Positions 12,394-24,870 of a stretch of 64,000 bases of DNA are shown here, piece by piece; position 1 is the first letter of the stretch, and every line of letters begins with the position of its first letter. Source of the DNA: Octopus vulgaris (Eukaryota). Under the pieces are notes generated by a model. That model searched no databases. It had not been told where the DNA came from and saw only the letters and a list, made by a program, of their open reading frames with translations. The position numbers and the translations under genes were made by a program. The DNA is taken from positions 1,302,001 to 1,366,000 of the forward strand of contig OX597816.1 in NCBI GenBank assembly GCA_951406725.2, read 5' to 3'.

Positions 12394-13700
12394 ATATATG
12401 TATCTATGTATGTGTGTGTATGTGTATCATGCATATGTATACATTTACATATATCTATGTGTATGTATCTATGTATGTGTGTGTATATATATCAGTATCA
12501 TGTATGTGCTTATATTTACTTATGTTTATATACATTCATTACATTTGGTTCTCATTGTGCCTTATGGCACTTGAGGTGACAGCAAGATCATTCCACTTTC
12601 TAACACTGAAAGCATCCTTGACAGCTTGTTTCATTGTTAACCATCTGCTTTGAAGATCTTTTGTTATTGCTCTCCACCACGTTTCCTTTCGTCAGCTACC
12701 ATCTTCTTTTGCCCCGTGGAACCCATTGCAAACCGATCCCTATATTTATACTTAAGTAGGCATCAACATCATGTATATATGTGTGTATTTAGATTCTTTT
12801 GTATAAATATATTGATATCATGTATGTATTTCCATGCTTGTATATCTGCATATACTTATGGCTTTCTACTAACATCACATTCATATGTACATTCACATAT
12901 GTTTCTATGGTTTTATCTATATCATGTACATGTGTATATTTACATCTGTGTTTGTCTCCATAGCAACATCGTCTCCATTTGTATTTACATATGTTTATAT
13001 GTTTATGTCTTTATAGAACATCTGTTAAACTGTGAAAACCCTATAAACTATCCTTTCACTAGGAAAGGGCTTTACAAAACATTTAGGGTGCTTGGAGAAA
13101 ACACATCACAAGTAGTTTCTGACGAAAGGAAAGTTAAAGAAAGGATCCCAGAATGCAAAGCTGTAAGTACTAGCTAGAAGTAGATAATCTAATATAGCAT
13201 TTAGAGTCCCTTAGGGGACCAATAAAAGGGATAAGAGATGGTTTAGCAACTTATATATTAAGTTACAAATTATTGCAAGATCTTTAATAAAAATTGTACA
13301 CTAACAGTTTGTTTATTGGAATACATGTGTGTGTGTGAGAGAGAGAGGGGGAAAGAGAGAGAGAGAGAGAGAGCATGTATAACTATATATATTCACTTTC
13401 TTACTCGGTTGACACATTCATAATATATAAACATCATTAACTTTCTAAAATTTTCATTGCATCTTGCAACCTTTTCAATAGATTTGACTATTGAATAGTC
13501 AAAACTATTGAAAAGGTTGCAAAATGTAATGAAAATTTTAGGAAAATAAAAATAAGAAATAAGTGGAAATTTTACCAGTGAGTGTGTTAAATTATAAGGC
13601 ACAAAATGAAAATGACTCCCCAGACACAACAGAATATGCTTCAACGCACAAACTCATATAAAGAATCTTGCAAACCAAATCCAAAAACGAAATATATATA

Positions 13701-14257
13701 CTGGGAAGTTCATGCTGATTTTTAAAGGAAAGAAAAAGGTCAATAAATACTTGCCATTACACTTTTAATCAGCCAAATATGAACCATTTCGTTGCACAAT
13801 GCGTCTCCATCTTTCCTTTAACTTGAAAATACCTTCTTCCCAGAATTGAGGTGGTTTCATGGCAAAGAATTCATCAAGGTATCTTTTTACGTCATCCAAG
13901 GAATTGAAATTTTTACCATTAAGATGATTCTGCAGAGAACTGAATAAGTGGAAATCCAAAGGAACAATATCTGGTGAATATGGAGGGTGGGGTAACACAT
14001 CCCAGCCGAGCTGCAGCAATTTTTATCTGGTTCCCAAAGCATCAAGTGCTGAAAAAGAACTTTCTTATCTTCCATTTTAAAGGGTTACAGAATTAACACA
14101 GGTTATAGAAACATAAATCTTCTTCCATGAAAAGATAGCTTAAACTGTGCTCTAAATGGAGGTGCAGTCAAATCCTATTTTATGGACTCAACCATGTTCT
14201 AAAATAAGTCGAAAGGTAAGCTACTATAAATCAGCACGAACTTTCCGGACAACCCAA
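13701..14257 (-). mobile_element. Internally deleted mariner element
   Basis: ORF 13765-14019 LPHPPYSPDIVPLDFHLF (YSPDLAP.D motif); TIR aaatcagcacgaactttccggacaacccaa at 14228-14257 with partial inverse ctggg..aagttcatgctgattt at 13701 after (TA)n. Confidence 0.88.
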
Positions 14258-14707
14258 TCATCATCATTCATCATCATTCATTTAGCGTCCGTTTTCCATG
14301 CTAGCATGGGTTGGACGGTTCAACTGGGGTCTGGGGAGCCCGAAGGCTGCACCAGGCCAGTCAGATCTGGCAGTGTTTCTACAGCTGGATGCCCTTCCTA
14401 ACCCCAACCACTCCGAGAGTGTAGTGGGTGATTTTATGTGCCACCGACACAGGTGCCAGACGAGGCTGGCGAACGGCCACGCTCGGATGGTGTTTTTTAT
14501 GTGCCACCGACACAGGTGCCAGACGAGGCTGGCAGACGGCCATGCTCGGATGGTGTTTTTATGTGCCACCGACACAGGTGCCAGATGAGGCTGGCGAACG
14601 GCCACGATCGGATGGTGTTTGTTACGTGCCCACAGCACGGAGGCCAGTCGATGCGGTACTGGCTACGGCCACGTTCGGATGGTTTTCTTGTGTGCCACCG
14701 GCACTGA
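14258..14707 (-). mobile_element. RTE 3' UTR fragment with 5-unit hairpin array
   Basis: (CAT)n, ccatgctagcatgg, ggatgcccttcc, five ~62-bp gtgccaccg.cac units; 5' end in (TA)n. Confidence 0.9.
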
Positions 14708-14794
14708 TATATATATATATATATATATATATAGAACATATATGTATGTGTATTTAATACATATACATATATAAATGTGTGAATGCATTTTTAG

Positions 14795-15310
14795 AGGTGC
14801 AGATGTGGCTGTGTGGTAAGAAAGGCGGTGAGCTGGTAGAATTGTTGACACGCAAAGCAAAATGCTTAGCGGTATTTCGTCTACCGTTACATTCTGAGTT
14901 CAAATTCCGTCGTGGTCGACTATGCCTTCCATCCTTTCGGGGTCGATAAATTAAGAACCAGTTATGCACTGGTGTCGATGTAATCAACTCAACCTCTTTG
15001 TCTGTCCTTGTTTGTCCTCTCTATGTTTAGCCCCTTGTGGACAATAAAGAAATAAGAAGTTTGCCTCCCAACTACATGGTTCTGGGTTCAGTCCCATTGC
15101 AGAGCACCTTGGACAAGTGTCTTCTACAATAGCTTTGAGCTGATCAATGCCTTGTGAGTGTATCTGGTAGACGGAAACTGTAGGAAGCCTGCTATATATA
15201 TAGATCTGTGTGTGTCTTTGTATCTGTGTTTGTCCCCCACATGTCCTTTGGCAATTGGTGTTAGTGTGTCTGTGTGTCCTGTAACTTAGCAATTTGGCAA
15301 AGAGATCAAG
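14795..15310 (+). mobile_element. tRNA-SINE family A with nested SINE family B (14823-15052)
   Basis: Host A box tggctgtgtgg and B box gggttcagtcc are split by a second SINE (gagttcaaattcc, catcctttcggggtcgataaa) flanked by taagaa at 14817 and 15053. Confidence 0.85.
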
Positions 15311-16412
15311 GAACCACAAAACATCTTACCCAACTCTTTTACACATCCACTCATCCACTTTCCTTGCATTAATCCTTTTTAATGATCCCAGAAGGAAGAA
15401 AGGCAGAGTTTACCTTGGCAGGATTGGAACTCACAACACAGAAAACTGGAACAAATACCACACATCATTTTATCCAACACTCAAAAGACTTCACAAATTC
15501 ACTATTTTGATGGTTTTTTTTCAAAAAGGAAATAAAATCATATTCTTTGCTATTTTCTTGAAGAGGTTTTGTATTACCAGGGATTAGCAAAATATCAGAC
15601 AAAAAAAATGAGTTGACAGTTTTGAGAAGTAATTCCAATTCATGTCTTAGACCCCATATGTTTCTCTCACTTTATTTATTTATTTGTAAACTGTTCCCAT
15701 CTATAATTAATCTGGAACTTTTATCCTGGCTGTGTTTTCCTCCCAGCCATAAATTTTCTAAACCAAACTTTATCCATATTCATTTCATCCTGTGTTTAGA
15801 AAAACCAAGAATTTAATTTAATTATTTCAGTTTCTGAATCTCTGATGTTCAAAACATATAAATCTAAATATGTGGGGTTTTTTTAAAGGGTTATAATAAA
15901 GAATGGGTTTTAAATACATAAATAAATGCCAGTATTTACTCCTCTGAATAAATTCTAAAAACAAGAACGTACAAGATGATTTTTGATGAAATCGCTCTGG
16001 TAAATTCTGTAAAACTATTTTTAAACATCACCATAAAAATTAACAACCATTAAATGTTTGTTACAATTGAGGATTAATTTTGTTTTTCTTAGATTTATAA
16101 TGCAATGCTTTGTGCAGTTTTCTATTTAAAAAAATCAAAAAGATCAAATGTTCAGACACCTCTACAGTTACTTTTGTTCTCTTCTCAATACTATGGTGTA
16201 ATATTTTATGTGGTAATACACACACACACACATTTATATATACACACACACATAGTCTTATATATGTAATTTGTTATTTTAACTGCTTCTTCAGTAAACA
16301 GTTTTTTTTTAAAACTCAGAAGGATAAGGAAACTAGAGCTACTCATAGTTTCTCTCATGTTAAGTAGTTGATATGTATGTATGTATCTATGTTTGTATTG
16401 TATGTATGTATG

Positions 16413-16775
16413 TGAAGGCACATGGCTCAGTAGTTAGTGTCAAGCTTATGATCATGAGGCTGTGAGTTCAATTCCCGGACCAGGCTGCATGTTGTGTTCT
16501 TGATTAAGACACCTTACTTCACATTACTCCACTTCACTCAGCTGTAGAAATGAGTTGTGACACCATTGGTGCCAAGCTGTATTGGCCCCTTTGCTCATCC
16601 CTTGGATAACATCGATGGCATGGAGAGGAGAGGCTGGTATGCATGGCCGACAGCTGGTCTTCCATAAAAACAACAACCCTAGGTTGTGCATTCACCGGTG
16701 AGGCCACTTTCCACCCAGACTTGTACCCTGGAGGGGAATGTCTTAGGTGCACCCATGGTTATTCATGACTGTCGG
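16413..16775 (+). mobile_element. tRNA-derived SINE (family C)
   Basis: A box tggctcagtagtt, B box gagttcaattccc, central tgtgttcttgattaagacacctt...cactcagctgtagaaatgagt; flanked by (TATG)n. Confidence 0.8.
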
Positions 16776-16925
16776 AGTTGAGTTGCATTGTATGTATGTA
16801 CGTTTATATGTATGTATGTACATATGTATGTACGTATGTATGTATGTATGTACTGTTTGTATGTATGCATGTATGTATGTATGTTTGTATACATTATATG
16901 TATACACAAACACTCACATACATGC

Positions 16926-16957
<32 letters not shown>

Positions 16958-16983
16958 CAGGTTTGGAGATGATGTACAGGTAT

Positions 16984-17357
16984 TATATATTAGAAGAAAT
17001 GAGGTACTCAGAAATCTGGATGGTTTTATATTTACAGATATTTATTAGTATGTTAGATGTTTTTATAAATCGTATATCATATATTAACGCTTTCATCCAC
17101 TCTAGTAGAGTCTTCAAATTGAACTGACTTTTGCAGGAATTTTGATTCTTTTTATAGTATTACTACACACTACACACTCAATAATACTATAAAAAGAGAG
17201 AAAATTCTTGCAAAAGTTCAATTTGACGACTCCACTAGAATGGACAAAAGCGCTAATATATGATATATGGTTTATAAAAAACATGTTACATACTAATAAA
17301 TATCTGTAAATATAAAACCAAACAGATTTCTGAGTAACTCATTTCTTCTAATATATA
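16984..17357. mobile_element. Fold-back element, ~178-bp inverted arms, Penelope pLTR-like
   Basis: Arms 16984-17162 and 17182-17357, 19-nt loop, TA-run flanks, degenerate hammerhead-like motif in each arm. Confidence 0.75.
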
Positions 17358-17459
17358 TATATACATATAAATTAGAATAAAACCACCTTATTATTATTAT
17401 ATTATTATTATTATATATATATACACATACACACATATATATATATATATATTAAACAT

Positions 17460-17750
17460 GCACAGTGACAAAGATCCCAGCAATGCCATTACTCCTCAGG
17501 ATCAGTTACTGCAACAGCCTGGACTTCAGAGCCTGAGGGACCTACACAAAATGGATGTAGGTGTTTTCAAATCAAAACTTGAGAGTCTCAGATGAACTTA
17601 CCTCACGGAAGGAGACGCAAATGAGGGTAACGACATCAAACCCCCTTATTCACCAAATGCCACATATCAGAGGAGGCTCTCAATAATAACAGTGTAGCAA
17701 AAAGGGCAGTACTCCAGCATGGCCACAGCTTTCAGCTGAAACTGATAAAA
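17460..17750 (+). mobile_element. 3' end of a CR1/L2-group LINE
   Basis: Reads SLRDLHKMDVGVFKSKL...DELTSRKETQMRVTTSNPL (FK..LD..PDEP type terminus), then tail ccagcatggccacagc...gctgaaac. Confidence 0.55.
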
Positions 17751-18004
17751 TATAAATATATATATTTGGTTAGAAGTATACAGTGACTATATCAGATTGA
17801 CACTCAATGAAAACTTTTGATGGAAAAACAGTAGTAGAAATGGCATTTTGATGATAGCTTTTTGCTGGAGAGAAGAAAAATCCAGAGAGGAGGAAAAGGA
17901 GGAAGGAGCATATTGTCCAGAGAAATGCATGTGTGTCATTACAAAGCCAAAGTAATAATAATATGTATATATATATATATGTATATATGTACATATATAT
18001 ATAT

Positions 18005-19027
18005 CATCATCATCATCATCATCATCGTTTAATGTCCGTTTTCCGCGCTAGCACGGGTTGGACGGTTCAACCGGGGTCTGGGAAGCCAGGGGCTGCTCCA
18101 GGCTCCAGTCTGATCTGGCAGAGTTTCTACGGCTGGATGCCCTTCCTAACGCCAACCACTCCGCGAGTGTAGTGGGTGCTTTTTATGTGCCACCTGCACA
18201 GGTGCCAGGGGGGGTCCCGCATCGGTCACGATCGGTTGGAGCTTTTAACGTGCCAGCGGCACGGAAGCCAGCCAAGGCGGCGCTGGCAACGTTCGGATGG
18301 TCTTTTTATGTGCCACCGGCACAGGAGCCAGTCGGGGCGGCGCTGGCATTGGCCACGTTCAGATGGTGCTTTTTATGTGCCACCGGCACAGAAGCCAGTC
18401 GGGGCGGCGCTGGCATCAGCCATGTTCGGATAGTGCTTTTTATGTGCCACCGGCACAGGCATCACAACTATTTCCATTGATATTTATTTTGACGTTCATG
18501 TTCATGTACTTGACTCAACAGGTCTCCTCAAGCACAGCGGGACGTTCTGGGATCCAAGGTACTTTGAATGGGCAGGGGCTATGCGGAACTTATACAGGAA
18601 GCAGCCCGGGTCTTTGCAGTCACAGCATATCTCCAGAGATCTTCGTCCTTTGCCATTGCCTCAGTGAGGCCCAACGCTCTGAGGTCATGCTTGACTACCT
18701 CATCCCATGTCTTCCTGGGTCTACCTCTTCCCCTGATACCTTCAACTGTTTGGGAGTGGCACTTCTTCACACATCTCTCCTCATCCATCCGCAGCACATG
18801 ACCATACCATCGCAAGCGTCGCTCTTGCATACCACATCTGATGCTTCTTATATCCAGCATTTCTCTCAGGGTGCTTACACTCTGTCGTGCATGCACACTG
18901 ACATTACACATCCAGCGGATCATGTTAGCTTCATTTCTTTCAAGTCTACTCATGTCCTCTGCAGTCACAGCCCATGTTTCACTACTGTGAAGCATGCCAG
19001 TTCGCACACATGCATCATACAATCTAT
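18005..19027 (-). mobile_element. 5'-truncated RTE-clade LINE
   Basis: ORF 18579-19022 YDACVRTGMLHSSETW...GRGRPRKTW; 5-unit 3' array; both ends in (TA)n. Confidence 0.95.
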
Positions 19028-19033
19028 ATATAT

Positions 19034-19841
19034 ATCATCATCATCGTCCGCTTTCCATGCTAGCATGGGTTGGATGGTTCAACTGGGGTCTGGGAAGCCC
19101 GAAGGCTGCACCAGGCCAGTCAGATCTGGCAGTGTTTCTACAGCTGGATGCCCTTCCTAACGCCAACCACTCCGAGAGTGTAGTGGGTGATTTTATGTGC
19201 CACCGACACAGGTGCCAGATGAGGCTGGCGAATGGCTACGCTCGGATGGTGTTTTTTATGTGCCACCGGCACAGAGGCCAGTCAATGCGGTACTGGCTAC
19301 GGCCACGTTCGGATGGTTTTCGTATGTGCCACCGGCACTGGTACCACAAAACTACAAATTCCATTAATGTTCATCGAGTTTGCTTTTGATTTTGTCCACT
19401 TGCCTCAACAGGTCTTCACAAGTAGAGTTATGTGTCCCAAGAAGGAAGGTATGATTAGGTGGACTGACTACGTTCCAGGTAGGGGCCATGGGTTATGGCC
19501 TCACTTGTCCAGCCGGGTCTTCTCACGCACAGCATACTTCCAAAGGTCTCGGTCTCTGGTCATTTCCTCGGTGAGACCTAAAGAGCGAAGGTCGTTCTTC
19601 ACCACCTCGTCCCAGGTTTTCCTGGGTCTGCCTCTTCCACAGGTTCCCTCAACCGCCAGGGTGTGGCACTTTTTCACACAACTATCTTCATCCATTCTTA
19701 CTACGTGTCCATACCAGCGTAGACGCCTCTCTTGCACACCACATCTGATGCTTCTTAGGTCCAACTTTTCTCTCAAGGCACTTACACTCTGTTTGGTATG
19801 AACACTGACATTACACATCCAACGGAGCATACTGGCTTCAT
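19034..19841 (-). mobile_element. 5'-truncated RTE-clade LINE (second subfamily)
   Basis: ORF 19501-19830; 3' UTR matches 14258-14707; both ends in (TA)n. Confidence 0.95.
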
Positions 19842-19878
19842 ATATATATATGCATTATATATATATATATATATATTT

Positions 19879-20241
19879 ATATATGAAAGAAGGTTTCATA
19901 TATAACCGGTCACTAGACCGGTTTCACTTTTTTAGAAAAAGATTGTCAAAAGTAACATTTAAAAGCTTTGTTGTGTTAGGTGCTGGTTGTCACAAAATAT
20001 TACAATACATATAAACTGTTTTTAACATTTTCTTATTATTATCAAAGAATGTATATATGTATTGTAGTATTTTGTGACAACCAGTACCTAATACAACCAA
20101 GCTTTTACATTTTACTTTTGACAATCATTTTCTAAAAAAGTGAAACCGGTCAAGTGAATAAACATCTTTTAAAATTGCATTTTCAAACCTTCTTTCATAT
20201 ATAATTCCACTCGTGCGGTACCTTACAACGCCACTTTGTTT
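19879..20241. mobile_element. Fold-back element with hammerhead motifs and ~38-bp tail
   Basis: Inverted arms ~19879-20013 and ~20053-20203, unpaired tail 20204-20241, TA runs both sides. Confidence 0.75.
20111..20158 (+). ncRNA. Minimal type I hammerhead ribozyme motif (U3:A8 variant)
   Basis: Stem I tttactt/aagtgaa, core TTGACAA (20118-20124), short stem II, GAAA, palindrome ACCGGT, GTC site, overlapping aataaa downstream. Confidence 0.55.
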
Positions 20242-20269
20242 CATATATAAATATATTTATAAATACGTG

Positions 20270-20780
20270 TGGGGGGGGGGGATAAGAAAATGGAGATAAA
20301 TCAATTAATAAGTATATTTATTAACTGCAAAAATAAACATAGTCTCTAACAGCTGTTTCGATCCTTTTTATAAAACAGAATCTTGTCAGAGGCAGAAAAA
20401 AAGATTTACCAATTTATTATTCAGTGTTAAGTATACAGAATATTACAGCAAACTGAGTATTGTTATATGGATAAGTTTGGTATAAACCTCTTAAAGGGGG
20501 CATAGGGTGTTTAGTTAGGGGGAAAGTGAATATATATTAATATACTCTGGATAATAGTTAGAAGATGTAGTGATCTATAATAAATAGTAATTTCCCATGT
20601 ATTTAAGTATCATATTAATATTGGGGTAGATACATTTATAGTTTATTATTATAGAGATTAGTAATAAGTAGAAGTTATTAATAGTCAAACTATTTATTCA
20701 ATAGATTCAGTAGCTATTCACTTAAATTTATGGGTGTGCAAATGTATAAGTAAAAATCAAAAAGGAATAGAATTATAGAT
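20270..20780 (-). mobile_element. Penelope-like pLTR remnant
   Basis: Minus strand CTGACAA-gattct..aggatc-GAAA-cagctg-TT-agag at 20341-20395, then aataaa; AT-rich body between TA-rich runs. Confidence 0.5.
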
Positions 20781-20859
20781 ATATACATATATATGTAGAT
20801 GTCTACATATAAACATAAGAAGTCTGGAACACTTGCGCATAGACATACACATTATCTAA

Positions 20860-21090
20860 TCTTGGCAGAATCGTTAGAACGCTGCCAGGCGAAATGCTTA
20901 GCAGTATTTCATCTGTTGCAACATTCTGAGTTCAAACTCCGCTTAGGTCAACTTTGCCTTTCATCCTTTTGGGGTCGATTAAATAAATACCAGTTATGCA
21001 CTGGGGCTGATGTAATCAACTTAAACCCTTTGTCTGTCCTTGTTTGTCCCCTCTATGTTTCGCCCCCAGTGGGCAATAAAGAAATAAATC
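20860..21090 (+). mobile_element. tRNA-derived SINE (family B)
   Basis: tggcagaatcgttag...gagttcaaactcc...ctttcatccttttggggtcgattaaa...aataaagaaat; other copies ~26110-26290(-), 26370-26560(-), 33125-33340, 47305-47520(-), 54130-54290. Confidence 0.85.
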
Positions 21091-21271
21091 ATCTAATCTT
21101 GTGTACATTCTCGTACATATTCACATGTATATACATATATTTATATATATATAATAAATATATGTAAATATCTATGTAGTAATTACATGCAGAAAAAATT
21201 ATATAGCTATACAATTGTATAATTAATATATCATTTATTATATATTAATATATTATATACATATGTATGTA

Positions 21272-21840
21272 TATCATCATCATTGTTTAACATCCGTTTT
21301 CCATGCTGGCATGGGTTGGACGGTTTGACTGAGGTCTGGAGAGCCAGCAGCTGCACCAGGCTCCAATCTGATCTGGCAATGTTTTTACAGTTGGATGCCC
21401 TTCCTAACGCCAATCACTCTGAGAGTGTAGTGGGTGCTTTTTACGTGCCACTAGCACAGGGACCAGTCAGGCGGTACTGGCATCGGTCACAATAAGTTGG
21501 TGCTTTTAACATGCCACCAGCACACACATGGTGAAGCATGATCTTCGAAAGTTGGGCCTCATGGAAGTGATGACAAGTGACTCAGAGTTCTGATGATATG
21601 CCGTGTGTGAGAAGACTTGTCAGACCAAGTGAAATCATAGTCGCTGGCAGTGCCATGTAAATGGCACCCATGCCAGTGGCACATAAAAGCACTCATTACA
21701 TTCTTGGAGTGATTGGCATTAGGTAGGGCATCCAGCTGTAGAAACACTGCCAAATCAGACTGGAACCTGGTGCAGCTCTCTCCAGCTCATCAGCTCCAGT
21801 CTAACCATCTAACCCATGCCAGCATGGAAAGAAGATGGTG
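21272..21840. mobile_element. Two RTE 3' ends joined head-to-head
   Basis: Minus tail 21272-21525; plus fragment from ~21530 (VKHDLRKLGL..., ggcatccagctgtagaaac, ccatgccagcatgg). Confidence 0.8.
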
Positions 21841-22487
21841 GTGGTGGTGGTGGTGGTGGTGGTGATTATACAATATATATATAAATATATACATAAATGT
21901 ATATATATATGTGTGTGTGTGTGTGTAGTGATGTAACTTATAAAATATGATACATATTTGTTGTTCTGTTCCTAATAACTCTTTAATTAGATTTAGCTTG
22001 AGCGCTGCAGCCATGCTGGGACACCATCATTAATAGAGGATTTATAAAGTATACAACTCATAAAAGCTACAAGTTTCTGAAATAAAAAATAATAATAATA
22101 ATCTGTCTGAAATGTCTATAGGAAGTAAAATGTTCATAAAAACATTATTTTTGTTTAAGGTTATCTTTTAGCAACGGAGAACTTCTTACCGATTCTAAAG
22201 AAAACAATGAAAGCAAAAAGTATAACAAAATCCATCAAAATTTAAGAATCTACACAGAACATGTTTGAAATGTTATTCCATCAAATTTCATTGCAAAACC
22301 GTTTACTGATTTATTTCGCTGGTTTTGTCTTCAGTTTTATTTCTCCTGTCTTTCGCAATCTGACTCCCCATCACCCTCCCCTTATCTTTCTCACTTTTCC
22401 TTTTATTCATTCTTAGTTCTCTTTTTTGTTGTTTTCTCTTCAACATTGAACTCTAAGGTTTGTGTTTTTATTTGTCTAATTCCTTAA

Positions 22488-22858
22488 TCCTTTTGATACC
22501 CCCACCCCGAGACTGCCCCCTCCTGCTATTGTGACACAAATTTCCTGTCTTAAACCAATCTAAAGTAAATCCTTCATCAAAATTTCAAGTTATCTTATGT
22601 TCCAAACACCAGTTTAATAGTCACAAAGTTATTTTACTAAATTCTTCATTATTTTCAAAATGAATTGATACAAAGGCGGGGCAGGTTAACAGGAATATCA
22701 AAAAGGCTTCAAGGGATCTAAACAAAAACCTTCCTTGGAAATTTCACGTTAATTTATGTTCCAACACCAGTTAAATACTGGTAAAGTTATTTTACTAAAT
22801 TCATTATTATTATTTTAAAAAGTCAGTGAATTTCAAGAGAAATTTCAGAACGTAAGGA
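22488..22858. mobile_element. piggyBac-like MITE family copy
   Basis: TTAA|tcctt ... aagga|TTAA termini, internal duplication as in 1195-1560. Confidence 0.55.
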
Positions 22859-24084
22859 TTAAGGATTAAGGATTAAGTTGAACTTCTGTCAAGTTTTATT
22901 GCGTTCAAAAATTCACCAGAAAAAAATGGTAAAAATCTCTTCTGTGTGTCAAAACTTCTAATTTACACTTAAAATGAAGGTGAAATGAAAACATGCCATA
23001 ACTTTTAATGAGTCGTTAGATCAACACCAACGATTTAATTTTCTTGTAATGTGTCAAAGACAAATGAGTCTTCTGGAACTCATGTCCATTCAGAAGAGAA
23101 ATCTGGAACTGCAGCAGAAGAAATAAGTGAAGCTGTTCCCTGTTGAGTGAATGAAGCATTATTCTCAAGTATTTATTCATACATAAGATGAATACGGTAT
23201 AAGTGTAAGATTCTGTGAATTTCTTTGTTTAATCCATTCATTGTCTTCATTCTGTTGAAATATACAGATTCTGCTTCAATCGATTTTGAAAATAAGGAAA
23301 AAAAAAAAAAATTGTCTTTATTAAGATGGTGTTTGGAAATTAACATGAAATTTTGATGACTGGTTTTAATAAAGAATCCTCTAACACTTTACAATATTTC
23401 TGTTGAAATAAACAGTTTTTGTTTCAGTTAATTTTGAAAATAACAAAGAATTTAGTAAAATAACTTTGTCATTATTTAGCTGGTGCCTGGAACATAAAAT
23501 TAATATGAAATTTTGATGGAAGATTTTAATTGAAACATGAAGTTTGTATCACAGAACAGTTTTAAATGAAGAGGGTTGAATTGATTTCACAAAGAAATGA
23601 CATTTTCAATTGTTTTTAGATGAGGCATAATGACTGGTATTACACTTTTTTGAAAATATCTGGTAAGAAACTCGTCCATCAGAGTTCTGTCAAAAAAAAA
23701 GCTTTTACCTGCAAAATAAAATTTACTTCCAATGCCATATCAAAGGAAAAAATAAGGAACAATCTTTATGAAACTAAAAATCATTTAATGCTAAACAAAT
23801 ATCTTTTTTTTCTTTTTGAGAGATATACAATCCACAACCTTTTATAATATATAATAATAGAGATTAGCGTACGGGAGTGCATCAACAGTGAAAGAAGAAA
23901 CATGACAGAATATTTGGTAAACAGCAAATAAGACTTGCTGCTGCTGATGCAGAAGGATTTACCAAAAATGGACTTGAGTGTGCTCATGAATTCCAATCAT
24001 GAACAGCCAACAAGAAAGAAGAAACCCGACTCCACATGGAATTACATGGTCAGTTCCACTGTGAAGCTAACAACTTAAAAGACC

Positions 24085-24870
24085 AGGAAGCATCATGTAG
24101 GTGACTCAGCAAGGGTGACCTAAAAAAGAATACTGGAAGCCTAAGCGCTGCCTAGGATCAGGCATTGAATACCAACTCAGTGAAAAGGGATATATACCAC
24201 ACAAGTGCCACAAACTTTTGCAGAATGTATGGGAAAGGGATCGAAAGTGTGACTTGCATTGTTAGTGCTTGTGAAAGTCTTGTGCAGAAAGAGTAGAAGC
24301 ATAGACATGACAAGGTAGCCCAAAACCTCCACTGGCTACCATGCTGGAGGTATGGATACGAGGTAATGGGGGTTTGGTACCAACATACACTGGAAAAGGC
24401 AATGGACAAAAAGGGGAAGGCAAAAATCCTCTGGGACTTTGACTTCCAAACAGATAAGGTGTTAGAGCACCGAAGGCCAGATATAGTAACCTTTAGGAGG
24501 GACAAACGAAAGTGCCTAATAATTGATGTGGCAGTGCCAGGAGATCAACATATTATCATGAAAGAAAGAGAAAAGATTGATAAATATGGAGACCTGAGAA
24601 TACCAAGATGTGGCAGCTACGAGAGTCAAACATAAAGGTTGTCCCTATTGTCATCGGAGCATTGGGTTCAATAATACCCAACCTGAAGAAACATCGGAAA
24701 ACTGTAGAAATACCCTACAATCTAGGTGTATTGCAAAAGTCGGCATTACTTGGAACTGCACACATATTGCGTTAACTACTGTCAGTCTGAGGTCTTTGTT
24801 GTGACTCGACAGACACAACAATCTCACGATATTGGATACTGTACAATGGCTTAGATAATAATAATAATAA
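24085..24870 (+). mobile_element. R4/Dong-like RLE non-LTR retrotransposon 3' fragment
   Basis: Knuckle remnant, RHDKVA, ILWDFDFQTDKVLEHRRPDIV...IIDVAVP, EKIDKY.DL, LQKSALLGTA; ends in (TAA)n. Confidence 0.88.

Noticed and set aside
14430-14705. CRISPR-like repeat/spacer appearance of the palindromic ~62-bp arrays
   Set aside because: Linkers are homologous to each other, arrays are fixed parts of RTE 3' UTRs, context is eukaryotic and no cas genes are present.
18297-19801. Plus-strand ORFs of 287 and 189 aa
   Set aside because: Antisense frames of minus-strand RTE copies.
22854-22877. Telomere-like (aaggatt)3
   Set aside because: Not TTAGGG; local duplication of a MITE terminus and its TTAA.
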